Shown: piece by piece, positions 28,995-37,190 of the stretch
Layout of the letters: every line of letters begins with the position of its first letter
Position numbering within the stretch: position 1 is the stretch's first letter
Translations under genes and position numbers: made by a program
The notes under the pieces: model-generated
Told to the model about the DNA's origin: nothing
The model's database searches: none
What the model saw: the letters and a program-made list of their open reading frames with translations, nothing else
Source of the DNA: Candidatus Dormiibacterota bacterium
GTDB lineage: Bacteria > Chloroflexota > Dormibacteria > Aeolococcales > Aeolococcaceae
Assembly (NCBI GenBank): GCA_963718525.1
Contig: OY970355.1
Span: 3,040,001 to 3,104,000, forward strand
Direction: 5' to 3'
Length of the DNA: 64,000 nucleotides

Positions 28995-29713
28995 CACCAC
29001 ACCAGCGGGATGAGCCGCCGCGTCCGTGCTGCATAGCCCCTGTACTCGGGGAAGATGCGAGCCAGCAACCCTTCCTCGAAGCGGGCTCTCAGCATCTGCA
29101 CAGCGATGAACGGCAGCAGCGTGAGCGTGGCCCACAACCCCGGCCGCGCGAGGACAAGCGCAACGGCTGCGAGGATCTCGGCGGCGTAGAGGGGGTGCCG
29201 GATGAGCCGATAGGGACCACCCGTGACCAGTCTGCGAGCCTCCGGAATGATGCTCAGGCTCCTGCGAAGGAAGAGCAGGCCATAGACGCCGAGCGCGAAC
29301 GCAGCCAACGCCAGTGGGGCCGCGATGTCACGAATCAACGCGGGCGGGGTGAGCAGCACGGGGTTCGGAAAGGCGCCGACCACCAGGAGCATCGTCGTTC
29401 CCACCAGACCGGCCGTGCGAGCGATCATCCGGCCGTCACGGGCGCGGGGTCGTGGCCGTACCAGATAGATGCCGACCGGGATGACACAGAAGAGCAGGTA
29501 CACCCCCGTGGTCAGCGGCCCCGAGATCACGTCTCCCACGCCGGCGTGCACCGGAAGGGCGCGCACCTGAGAGAGCACATTCAGCAGCACTCGCCATCCC
29601 AGCAACGCGAAGAGCACGGCGGGCAGTGAACGTCCAAAGATCAGGAATCGGAGTTCTTCAACGCGACGTTCCAGGTCGCCACGGCGTGCTGGAATCGCGA
29701 CCGCCTCGGCCAT
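28994..29713 (-). CDS. Isoprenylcysteine carboxyl methyltransferase (ICMT/PEMT) family membrane protein
   Basis: LVTGGPYRLIRHPLY, RARFEEGLL...FPEYRGYAARTRRLIP. TAGACT -10 lies 6 nt upstream, so probably leaderless. Confidence 0.88.
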   Translation of the reverse strand: MAEAVAIPARRGDLERRVEELRFLIFGRSLPAVLFALLGWRVLLNVLSQVRALPVHAGVGDVISGPLTTGVYLLFCVIPVGIYLVRPRPRARDGRMIARTAGLVGTTMLLVVGAFPNPVLLTPPALIRDIAAPLALAAFALGVYGLLFLRRSLSIIPEARRLVTGGPYRLIRHPLYAAEILAAVALVLARPGLWATLTLLPFIAVQMLRARFEEGLLARIFPEYRGYAARTRRLIPLVW

Positions 29714-29944
29714 GGCCGGAGTCTAGGTCACGCCAATTCAGAGCGACGCTCTCGTAGCGCGGTTGTCATCGAATCACCACGGTTTCTCGTTGCGCGCGCA
29801 CCGGCCGGGGTGTGTCCGATCCTTCGTTACCAATATTTAGCACGCAGGCCATTCCGTTGCAGCAGCAGGGGCTCACACTCGCAGCAGTCGGGTCCGAGCA
29901 ATCGTCTCGGTCTCGAGAATACAACCCGAAAGGAGGTGAAAACT

Positions 29945-30145
29945 ATGGATATGCTGAGCACCCTGTACCTTCGCGCAACAGAGTTCATCGCTCGCAAGCG
30001 TGAGGAGGCTGAGGAAGGCCAGGGCATGGTTGAGTATGCGCTCATCCTCGTCCTTATCGCCATCGTCGTTATCGTCATCCTGCAAGTCGTCGGCAAGCAG
30101 GTCAACAACGTGTTCTCGAACATCAGCAACGGCCTGGCCTCGTAG
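29945..30145 (+). CDS. flp: Flp family major pilin
   Basis: EEG/QGMVEYALILVLIAIVVI Flp motif, 66 aa, strong RBS AAGGAGGTG. Confidence 0.96.
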   Translation: MDMLSTLYLRATEFIARKREEAEEGQGMVEYALILVLIAIVVIVILQVVGKQVNNVFSNISNGLAS

Positions 30146-30170
30146 CTTCTACAAGCGACCAGGACAGTCA

Positions 30171-30205
30171 AGAGGAGCCGGCCATCGGGCTGGCTCCTCT
30201 TTTTT
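30171..30205 (+). terminator. Intrinsic terminator after flp
   Basis: AGAGGAGCCGGCC-atcg-GGCTGGCTCCTCT followed by a T-run. Confidence 0.9.
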
Positions 30206-30308
30206 ATGTCCGTTGTGAACGTTGTGTCGCGTCGCCGGTACGCGCCATCCGCGTGTGTGTCATTCGCCGTACCATGCGCTCGATGCACCCGGCACACGGG
30301 GGGTGGAT

Positions 30309-31556
30309 GTGATCCGCGTCCTCATCGCGGACGAGATCGCCAATGTTGTCGGCCACCTCGAGAAGCTCGAGCCGCACGCCGCCGAGATCGACGTGTGCGG
30401 TGTCGCGCACCAGGCGTCAGCCGTCATCGAGGAAGCGCGACTCCGCCAGCCCGACGTCCTCGTGCTCAACGAGCACTTGGCAGACCTCCCCGGAACGGAC
30501 TTCGCCGCGCAGCTTGAGTCGGTATCCCCGGCAACCCGCGTGCTGCTCATGACCTCCCGGAAATCGTCCGGAGGGTCCGTCCCATGGTCGGCGGGGACGG
30601 TCCAGGAATCGGCTGCCGGCCTGGAGTTCCTCGAGGCCATTCGCGTCGCGGCCGGCACCATCCCACCCACCGGCGGCGATTCCGCCGCTCCGCCCGCGCA
30701 GTCCGAGACGGCCTCGGGCGACCCCCCGGCGCCTCACCGTCGGGCGACGGTCGTCGTCGCATTTTCCGGCAAGGGGGGAACGGGGACGTCGATGGTCGCG
30801 ACCAACCTCGCCGTGACTCTCGCCGGTGGTGCCCGTGGACGCGCGGCCCTCGTGGACATCGATCTCCAGTTCGGCGACGCGGCGAGCATGCTCCGTGTCG
30901 AAAACCATCAGCAGTCGATGGCGGACCTGGCGCACCAAGGCGATGACATCGACAGCGATCTGCTCGAACGCGTGCTCGCGACCGGACCCGCGGAGGTCAG
31001 GGTCCTCCGTGCTCCCGCCACCCCCGAGCTCGCCGAGACCATCGCCGCGGCGGACCTCCGGTCGATCATCCGAGCCACAGCGCGGGCGCGCCAGTTCGTG
31101 GTGATCGATACGCCATCAGCCATCGACGAGCAAGTCCTAGAGGTGTTCGAGCTCGCCGACCGAGTGCTGCTGGTGACCAGCTACAACCTGAGCGCGGTGC
31201 GAGGCACCAAGACGACGCTGCTGTTGCTCGAAGCCCTGGGCGTCGACCCGGAGCGCATCGACGTCGTTCTCAACCACACGCGGCCGCGCACCAACTACCG
31301 CCGCGAGGATATCGAGGTGATCCTTGGCCGGCCTGTCATTGACGACCTTCCCTATGACCAGCGCGTGGATGCATCGCTGGATTCCGGAACGCCGATCGTC
31401 CTCGCAGAGCCGGACGCCGAGCTGGCTCGCCGCCTCGTCGCGCTGGCGCAGATCTTTCCTGCCCCGGCTACAGCGACCACCGGCCGTGATCCCGTCGAGG
31501 TACCGGCGCCCGCGGCGCCCGTTTACCGGCGGCGATTCAGCCTGGGCCGGAGGTAA
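30309..31556 (+). CDS. CpaE/TadZ-like protein (pseudo-receiver + degenerate MinD/ParA domain)
   Basis: SGKGGTGTS, VDIDLQFGD, VIDTP. The receiver has Asn at the phosphoacceptor position and lacks KP. Confidence 0.88.
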   Translation: MIRVLIADEIANVVGHLEKLEPHAAEIDVCGVAHQASAVIEEARLRQPDVLVLNEHLADLPGTDFAAQLESVSPATRVLLMTSRKSSGGSVPWSAGTVQESAAGLEFLEAIRVAAGTIPPTGGDSAAPPAQSETASGDPPAPHRRATVVVAFSGKGGTGTSMVATNLAVTLAGGARGRAALVDIDLQFGDAASMLRVENHQQSMADLAHQGDDIDSDLLERVLATGPAEVRVLRAPATPELAETIAAADLRSIIRATARARQFVVIDTPSAIDEQVLEVFELADRVLLVTSYNLSAVRGTKTTLLLLEALGVDPERIDVVLNHTRPRTNYRREDIEVILGRPVIDDLPYDQRVDASLDSGTPIVLAEPDAELARRLVALAQIFPAPATATTGRDPVEVPAPAAPVYRRRFSLGRR

Positions 31557-31565
31557 GGTGGCGCC

Positions 31566-32819
31566 GTGATCCGCGTCCTGGTGGCCGACGGCAGCGAGCG
31601 CATACGTGCCAACCTCCTCCGCCGCCTCGCCGCGGAAGAGGACATCACGGTGTGCGGCACCGCCGAGAACGGCGAGGAGGCACTGCAGGAGGCACTCCAT
31701 CTCGTGCCCGACATCGCCGTGCTCGACGCCGGTCTGACGGGCCTCGACGGTGTGCAGACCACTGAGATGCTCGCCGAGTACGCCCCTCAGGCCGGGGTGA
31801 TTCTGATGTCCATGGAAAGCGGGAGCGAGCTCTTCCGCAGGGCGATGCTCGCAGGCGCCCGCGAGGTGCTTCAGAAGCCATTCGCCGGGGACGACCTGGT
31901 GGCCGCGATCCACAGGGTGCACGCGTTTCAGGCTCGCAAGCGAACTGCGCAGTCGATCCGCCAGCCCGAGCATGGTGGGCCGGCCGCACCGGACGGGGCG
32001 CGGCGTCGCGATGGACGGATGATCACGATCGTCTCGGGCAAGGGCGGCGTCGGCAAATCCGTCATCGCCACCAACCTTGCGCTGGTGCTCAACCGGCCGC
32101 ACCCCGGCAGCGTGGTGCTCGTCGACCTCTCACTCCAATTCGGCGACGTCGCCGCTCTGCTCGCTATGACGCCCGACGGATCGATCGCGGAATTCGCGGC
32201 CAGCGATGCCGGGATGACCGATCGCCACGTCATCCAGCAGGCACTGTCGCTCGGTCCCCAGGGGCTGACCGTCATCGCGGCACCCCCGAGCCCCGAGCTC
32301 GCCGACTACGTCACCACCGCACATCTGCGATCGCTGGTGGCCGAGCTCCGCTCCACGTTCGAACTCGTCGTCGCCGATACCACGTCACAGCTCTCCGAGA
32401 TCACCCTGGAAGCCCTCGAGAACTCGGACCACATCGTGCTGGTCACCGACTTCAGCGTGACATCGGTCAAGAACACCCGCCTGATCATGTCGGTGATCGG
32501 TGTGCTTCAGGTCGACCCCGAACGCATCGTGGTGGTGGCGAACCACCGCGACGCCCCGCTCGCCGGGGGCATGGATCGCGCTCGGATCGAAGATTTCCTT
32601 CGCCACCCGGTCGCTGCGGAGATTCCGTACGACGCGACCGCGATCGGTGGGTCGGTCAGCACCGGGGTCCCTGTCGTAATCGCCGGCCACTCCTCCCCTG
32701 CCACCGCAGCGTTCGAGCGCCTCGCGTCGACGTTACTCGGCGACGCCACCCCCGAGTCGGCCGCCGAGCCGGTCGGTAAGAAGCGCAGCCGCAGGCGACT
32801 CGGCTTCGCTCGAGACTAA
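31566..32819 (+). CDS. CpaE/TadZ-like protein (receiver + MinD/ParA domain)
   Basis: AVLDAGL, QKPF; [18 protein letters not shown]. Confidence 0.9.
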   Translation: MIRVLVADGSERIRANLLRRLAAEEDITVCGTAENGEEALQEALHLVPDIAVLDAGLTGLDGVQTTEMLAEYAPQAGVILMSMESGSELFRRAMLAGAREVLQKPFAGDDLVAAIHRVHAFQARKRTAQSIRQPEHGGPAAPDGARRRDGRMITIVSGKGGVGKSVIATNLALVLNRPHPGSVVLVDLSLQFGDVAALLAMTPDGSIAEFAASDAGMTDRHVIQQALSLGPQGLTVIAAPPSPELADYVTTAHLRSLVAELRSTFELVVADTTSQLSEITLEALENSDHIVLVTDFSVTSVKNTRLIMSVIGVLQVDPERIVVVANHRDAPLAGGMDRARIEDFLRHPVAAEIPYDATAIGGSVSTGVPVVIAGHSSPATAAFERLASTLLGDATPESAAEPVGKKRSRRRLGFARD

Positions 32820-32826
32820 GCGGCGC

Positions 32827-34059
32827 TTAGCGGCCGAAAATCCGGCGCTTGCGCTTGTCGTCCGCCTTGCCCGCGGCCGCACCGGCGCCAACCGGTTGGC
32901 CGTTGCCGGGAACCATCGCGCCGGCCAGCTCACGAATCGAGCGGCTGATGTCGGATTCCGGGCTCGAGGTGACGAAGGGGATACCGCGGTTGATCGAATC
33001 GCCCACGACACGCGGGTCGTAGGGAATCTGCGCACCGACGCTCTGACGGAGGTTCTGCTCGATCGAGTCCTTGTTGAAGTCGGAATGTGAGTCACTGCGA
33101 TCGACGACCAGGAGCACCGCGCTCGGGTCGACTGTGAGCGATTCGAGCACCTTGAGGGCCAGCTTGGCATCCTTGATCGCGGGGATCGTGAGCGCGGTGA
33201 CCACGAGGATGTGCTGCGCCGACTCGATCACCTCGAGGTTGAAGTCAGCCAGGTGGCACGACGTGTCGACCACGACGTAGTCGAAGGTTTTTCGCAGCTC
33301 AGCCATGACCATGCGGACGTGGTCGTTGGTGATCAGGTCGGCCAGCTCGGGGCTGATCGGGGCGAGGAGCACACGAACCCCGTTCGGCCCGCTCGCCATG
33401 ACCTCGTTGAGCATCTCGGGCTCGAGTGTCTCCGAGTCCACCACATCGGTGATGCTCCGGCTGTGATCGAGGTTGAGCATCACGCCGATATCCCCGAACT
33501 GCAGGTCGAGATCGACAAGGGCGACGCGCGATTCCGTCTCGACCGCAAGTGCCACGGACAGGTTGGTCGCGAGCAGCGTCTTGCCGACGCCTCCCTTGCC
33601 GGAGAAGAGCACGATCACCTCGCCCAACGCGGCAGGGCGGGGGGCGCCAGTGCCGTCCGGGACGGCCGCGCGCGCGAACGTCCCCTTCTTCTCCTCGAGC
33701 TGATGGACACGGCGAATCGCCGCTACCAGCTCGTCATGGCTGAATGGTTTGATCAGATATTCGCGAGCGCCGGCCTGCATCGCCCGGCGCAGGTAGTCGC
33801 GCTCGCCCTGCACCGACATGATGATCACCGGCGAGGCTGGCAGTTCCTGGGCCAACCGCTCGGTGAGCTGGATCCCGTCCATGATCGGCATGTTCACGTC
33901 GGTGAGCACGATGTCCGGGAGCAGCCGGTGCGCCTCCTCGAGCCCCTGCTTGCCGTCGCCGGCGGTCCCGATGACCTCGATGTCCTCCTCGAACCCGAGC
34001 AATTTGCGCAGGTTGTCGCGGGTGCTCGCGATGTCGTCGACGATGAGAAGCCGGATCAC
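32827..34059 (-). CDS. cpaE: CpaE/TadZ-like protein (canonical receiver + MinD/ParA domain)
   Basis: LIVDD, VLTDVNMP, YLIKPF; [21 protein letters not shown] 34059. Confidence 0.92.
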   Translation of the reverse strand: MIRLLIVDDIASTRDNLRKLLGFEEDIEVIGTAGDGKQGLEEAHRLLPDIVLTDVNMPIMDGIQLTERLAQELPASPVIIMSVQGERDYLRRAMQAGAREYLIKPFSHDELVAAIRRVHQLEEKKGTFARAAVPDGTGAPRPAALGEVIVLFSGKGGVGKTLLATNLSVALAVETESRVALVDLDLQFGDIGVMLNLDHSRSITDVVDSETLEPEMLNEVMASGPNGVRVLLAPISPELADLITNDHVRMVMAELRKTFDYVVVDTSCHLADFNLEVIESAQHILVVTALTIPAIKDAKLALKVLESLTVDPSAVLLVVDRSDSHSDFNKDSIEQNLRQSVGAQIPYDPRVVGDSINRGIPFVTSSPESDISRSIRELAGAMVPGNGQPVGAGAAAGKADDKRKRRIFGR

Positions 34060-34072
34060 ACCGATCTCGACC

Positions 34073-34783
34073 TCAGCCCACCGACAGTCGTGCTGCCTGC
34101 ACCGGGTCCACCGGGACGCCCGGGCCCATGGTCGCGGCAAGCGTGACCGTCTTCACGTAGGTGCCCTTTGCACCGGAGGGCTTGGCTCGAACGATCGCAT
34201 CCATCAAGGCGGCGAAATTGTCGCGCAATTTGTCGTCATCGAACGACGCTTTGCCGATTGCCGTATGGATGATGCCAGTCCTGTCATTGCGAAACTCGAC
34301 GCGTCCACCCTGGACGTCCTGGATCGCCTTGGCGATATCGAACGTCACGGTGCCGGCTTTGGGGTTGGGCATCAGCCCGCGCGGCCCGAGAATCTTGCCC
34401 AGGCGCCCGACCATGCCCATCACCTCGGGAGTGGCGAGCGCCACGTCGAAGTCGATCTCGCCGCCCTGCACCTTCTTCACCAGGTCCTCGCCGCCGACCA
34501 CGTCGGCCCCGGCCTCGATGGCCTCGCGAAGCTTCTCGCCAGTGGCAAAGACCGCGATGCGCCGGGTCTTGCCGGTGCCGTGGGGCAGGGTGACCGTGCT
34601 GCGGACGACCTGATCCGCATGGCGCGGATCGATGCCGAGGCGGACGTGCGCCTCGATCGACGAATCAAATGCGGTGACTGCGGTCTGGCGGGCGAGGCTC
34701 ACGGCCTCGGCCGGTGGATAGAACTTCCCGGTCTCGATCGCGCTCGCGGCCTCGCGGTATTTCTTGCCGTGTCGTGCTGGCAT
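34073..34783 (-). CDS. rplA: 50S ribosomal protein L1
   Basis: [45 protein letters not shown]. Confidence 0.99.
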   Translation of the reverse strand: MPARHGKKYREAASAIETGKFYPPAEAVSLARQTAVTAFDSSIEAHVRLGIDPRHADQVVRSTVTLPHGTGKTRRIAVFATGEKLREAIEAGADVVGGEDLVKKVQGGEIDFDVALATPEVMGMVGRLGKILGPRGLMPNPKAGTVTFDIAKAIQDVQGGRVEFRNDRTGIIHTAIGKASFDDDKLRDNFAALMDAIVRAKPSGAKGTYVKTVTLAATMGPGVPVDPVQAARLSVG

Positions 34784-34798
34784 GGTTTCACTTTCTCC

Positions 34799-34834
34799 GT
34801 GGTGTTGGCGGGCACATCAACGGCGCCCTCCCAC
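34799..34834 (-). promoter_or_regulatory. L1-binding autoregulatory mRNA element between rplK and rplA
   Basis: Minus strand GUG-GGAG-GGCGC-loop-GUGCC-CGCCAA-CAC: two helices around an asymmetric GGAG/CGCCAA loop, directly upstream of the rplA RBS. Confidence 0.7.
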
Positions 34835-34842
34835 TCAGTGGT

Positions 34843-35265
34843 TCAGTTGACGTTGAGACCCATCGATCGCGCGGTGCCCTCGATGATCCGCGTCGCGTGT
34901 TCGAGGTCGTGCGCATTGAGGTCAGCCTGCTTGACCTCGGCGATCTCGCGCACCTGCTGCTTGGAAAGGGAGCCGACCTTGTCGCGGTTGGGGTTGCCCG
35001 ATCCCTTCTCCACGCCCGCAGCCTTTTTCAGCAGCTCGGAGGCGGGCGGCGTTTTGGTGATGAAGCTGAAGGTCCGGTCCTCGAACACGGTGATCTGGGC
35101 GGGGATCACTCCTGTCATGTTGGCGGTGCGCTCGTTGTACGCCTTGCAGAATTCCATGATGTTGAGCCCGTGGGGACCCAGCGCGGTGCCCACCGGCGGA
35201 GCCGGGGTTGCCTTGCCGGCCTGCAGCTGCAGCTTGATGACGGTCTTGATCTTCTTCTTGCTCAT
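34843..35265 (-). CDS. rplK: 50S ribosomal protein L11
   Basis: [33 protein letters not shown]. Confidence 0.99.
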   Translation of the reverse strand: MSKKKIKTVIKLQLQAGKATPAPPVGTALGPHGLNIMEFCKAYNERTANMTGVIPAQITVFEDRTFSFITKTPPASELLKKAAGVEKGSGNPNRDKVGSLSKQQVREIAEVKQADLNAHDLEHATRIIEGTARSMGLNVN

Positions 35266-35282
35266 GCTTTCCTTGCAGCGTC

Positions 35283-35849
35283 CTAGCGGAGGCGCTCGAC
35301 CTGGAGCAGGTCGAGCTCGACGGGCGTCTCGCGTCCGAACATGTTCACGAGCACCTTGAGCTTGCCCTTCTCGACGTTGATCTCGGTCACCTTGCCGTGG
35401 AAGTCCGTGAACGGCCCGTCGATGACCCGGACGTTCTCGCCGACCTCGTACTCGACGTTGACCTTGGTGGGCGCCTCGGCCTTCACCTGCTTCTGAATGC
35501 CGCGAATCTCGTGCTCCTGCAACGGAACAGGCTTGTTGCCCGAGCCCACGAAGGAGGTCACGCCCGGCGTGTTACGGACGACGTACCACGACTCGTCCGA
35601 CATCACCATGTTGACGAGGATGTAGCCGGGGAAGATCCGTTTGCTCACCTTGCGGCGCTGGCCATCCTTGATCTCCATGACCTCCTCGGTCGGAACCAGG
35701 ACGTCGAAGATCTGGTCGTGCATGTCCATGGACTCGACGCGCTTGAGGAGGTTCGCGCGAACCTTCTCCTCATGGCCGGAATACGCATGCACGACGTACC
35801 AGCGGGCGTCCTTGGCGGAAACGGCGGCGTTGCTCACAGCGATGTTCAT
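35283..35849 (-). CDS. nusG: Transcription elongation factor NusG
   Basis: [33 protein letters not shown] domain, FGRETPVEL. Confidence 0.99.
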   Translation of the reverse strand: MNIAVSNAAVSAKDARWYVVHAYSGHEEKVRANLLKRVESMDMHDQIFDVLVPTEEVMEIKDGQRRKVSKRIFPGYILVNMVMSDESWYVVRNTPGVTSFVGSGNKPVPLQEHEIRGIQKQVKAEAPTKVNVEYEVGENVRVIDGPFTDFHGKVTEINVEKGKLKVLVNMFGRETPVELDLLQVERLR

Positions 35850-35862
35850 TCTCCCACGACGG

Positions 35863-36210
35863 CTACGGGGACACAGTTGGTGCCACGGTCGCGGCCGGTG
35901 CTGTTACGACGGGGGCGGTTGTCGCCGCCGGCGCCGGTGTCGTGGCGCTCACCTGCTGGGTGACCGCCTGCTTGACGCCGAGGCTCAACAGATAGTCTGC
36001 GCCACCCACGAGCGCGGCAAAGATGATCACCGTCGCGATCACGATCCCGGTCATGCGCAGCAATTCGTCCCGAGCCGGCCAGACGACCTTCTTCAGCTCC
36101 TCCCAGACACCACGCAGGTAGCCGACCGGGCCTCCCCGTCCGGCGGTGGCGGCAGGGAGGGCAGGCCGTGGTGGCCGCGGACCACCCGGGGCGCTTCGAG
36201 CCTTGGCCAT
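35863..36210 (-). CDS. secE: Preprotein translocase subunit SecE
   Basis: ELKKVVWPARDEL plus one TM helix, in the canonical position before nusG. Confidence 0.95.
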   Translation of the reverse strand: MAKARSAPGGPRPPRPALPAATAGRGGPVGYLRGVWEELKKVVWPARDELLRMTGIVIATVIIFAALVGGADYLLSLGVKQAVTQQVSATTPAPAATTAPVVTAPAATVAPTVSP

Positions 36211-36264
36211 TGACGGTGATGTCTCCTGATGGTGGTGCCGGGGCGGGCACGGCTGGGTGGGTGG

Positions 36265-36340
36265 TGGCAGGGGCGGCACGACTCGAACGCGCGACCCTCG
36301 GTTTTGGAGACCGATGCTCTACCAGCTGAGCTACGCCCCT
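36265..36340 (-). tRNA. tRNA-Trp (CCA)
   Basis: AGGGGCGTAGCTCAGCTGGTAGAGCATCGGTCTCCAAAACCGAGGGTCGCGCGTTCGAGTCGTGCCGCCCCTGCCA: 76-nt cloverleaf, anticodon CCA, encoded CCA end. Confidence 0.98.
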
Positions 36341-36344
36341 TCGG

Positions 36345-36512
36345 TCACTTGGTCTCGCGATGCTGCCTGTGCATGCGGCAACGCCTGCAGAACTTCCGCA
36401 ACTCCAGTCGATCCGGGTCGTTCCGCTTGTTCTTGACCGTCGTGTAATTGCGTTCCTTGCACTCGTTGCACTGCAACGTGATGATCGCGGAACCGCCCTT
36501 GGTCGTGGCCAC
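36345..36512 (-). CDS. rpmG: 50S ribosomal protein L33 (zinc-binding form); absent from the ORF track
   Basis: Hand translation [55 protein letters not shown]. Confidence 0.97.
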   Translation of the reverse strand: MATTKGGSAIITLQCNECKERNYTTVKNKRNDPDRLELRKFCRRCRMHRQHRETK

Positions 36513-36564
36513 GTGACAATTGCCTCAAACACAAAAGAGACCTAGCGGCGCTAGGTCGGCATGC

Positions 36565-36573
36565 AGTTTACCA
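36565..36573 (-). promoter_or_regulatory. Extended -10 promoter (TG-N-TAAACT) for the rpmG operon
   Basis: Minus strand GTGGTAAACT about 55 nt upstream of the rpmG start. Confidence 0.6.
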
Positions 36574-36707
36574 CAGATCAGGAGAGCCAACGAAGCAACG
36601 GCCTCGGGTTCGGAACGGCGGCTTCGTCACCGGGTCGCCAACTCCGGATCAGGCGATTCGGACTACGCTGTGAACATACAACCGTCCACCCCGGGGGACC
36701 TATCATC

Positions 36708-37190
36708 ATGCACCCGTTGCTCCGCCCCGCGAATGTCGTGATCGCCGTGCTCGGCGCTGCCGTCATCGGTCTCGGCACCGTGGTCGCCGTTGACCACACC
36801 GCCGCGACCCCGCAGCCGCAAACGGCCTCGCTGTCGGCGGCCCAGACTGCCGCGTCGTCGCTGCTCGCCTCGGGCGGGTTCGCGCCCACCGGTCAATTCA
36901 GCAATGAGGCGGCGCACATCTTCGGCTTCTTCACTGCCGACACCAGCCTCACCTGGAACCAGATCGAGGCCGACCTCCTCAAGGGGGAGACGCTCGATCA
37001 GATCGCGGGGGCTCACGCCTCCAAGGTCGAGGCTGATGCCCTCGGTGAGGTGAAGGCGGGGCTCGCGCTGGGCGTCGTCAGGGGCGTGATCACGCAGGCA
37101 CAGGCAACCCGTCTGGCCAACGACGCTCAGGACGCGATCTCGGTCCTCATGGCTGCGAAGCTGAGCTTGCTGCTGCCCTCGGCGCACTGA
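36708..37190 (+). CDS. Secreted or membrane-anchored hypothetical protein
   Basis: N-terminal hydrophobic helix; helical C-domain GETLDQIAG...GVITQAQA. Confidence 0.7.
   Translation: MHPLLRPANVVIAVLGAAVIGLGTVVAVDHTAATPQPQTASLSAAQTAASSLLASGGFAPTGQFSNEAAHIFGFFTADTSLTWNQIEADLLKGETLDQIAGAHASKVEADALGEVKAGLALGVVRGVITQAQATRLANDAQDAISVLMAAKLSLLLPSAH

Noticed and set aside
36265-36340. tRNA-Trp as an integration site for an island
   Set aside because: It sits in the normal rpmG-secE context; no integrase or duplicated 3' end was seen.
35846-36532. 228-aa minus-strand ORF spanning rpmG, tRNA-Trp and secE
   Set aside because: An alternative frame over genuine genes and a tRNA.
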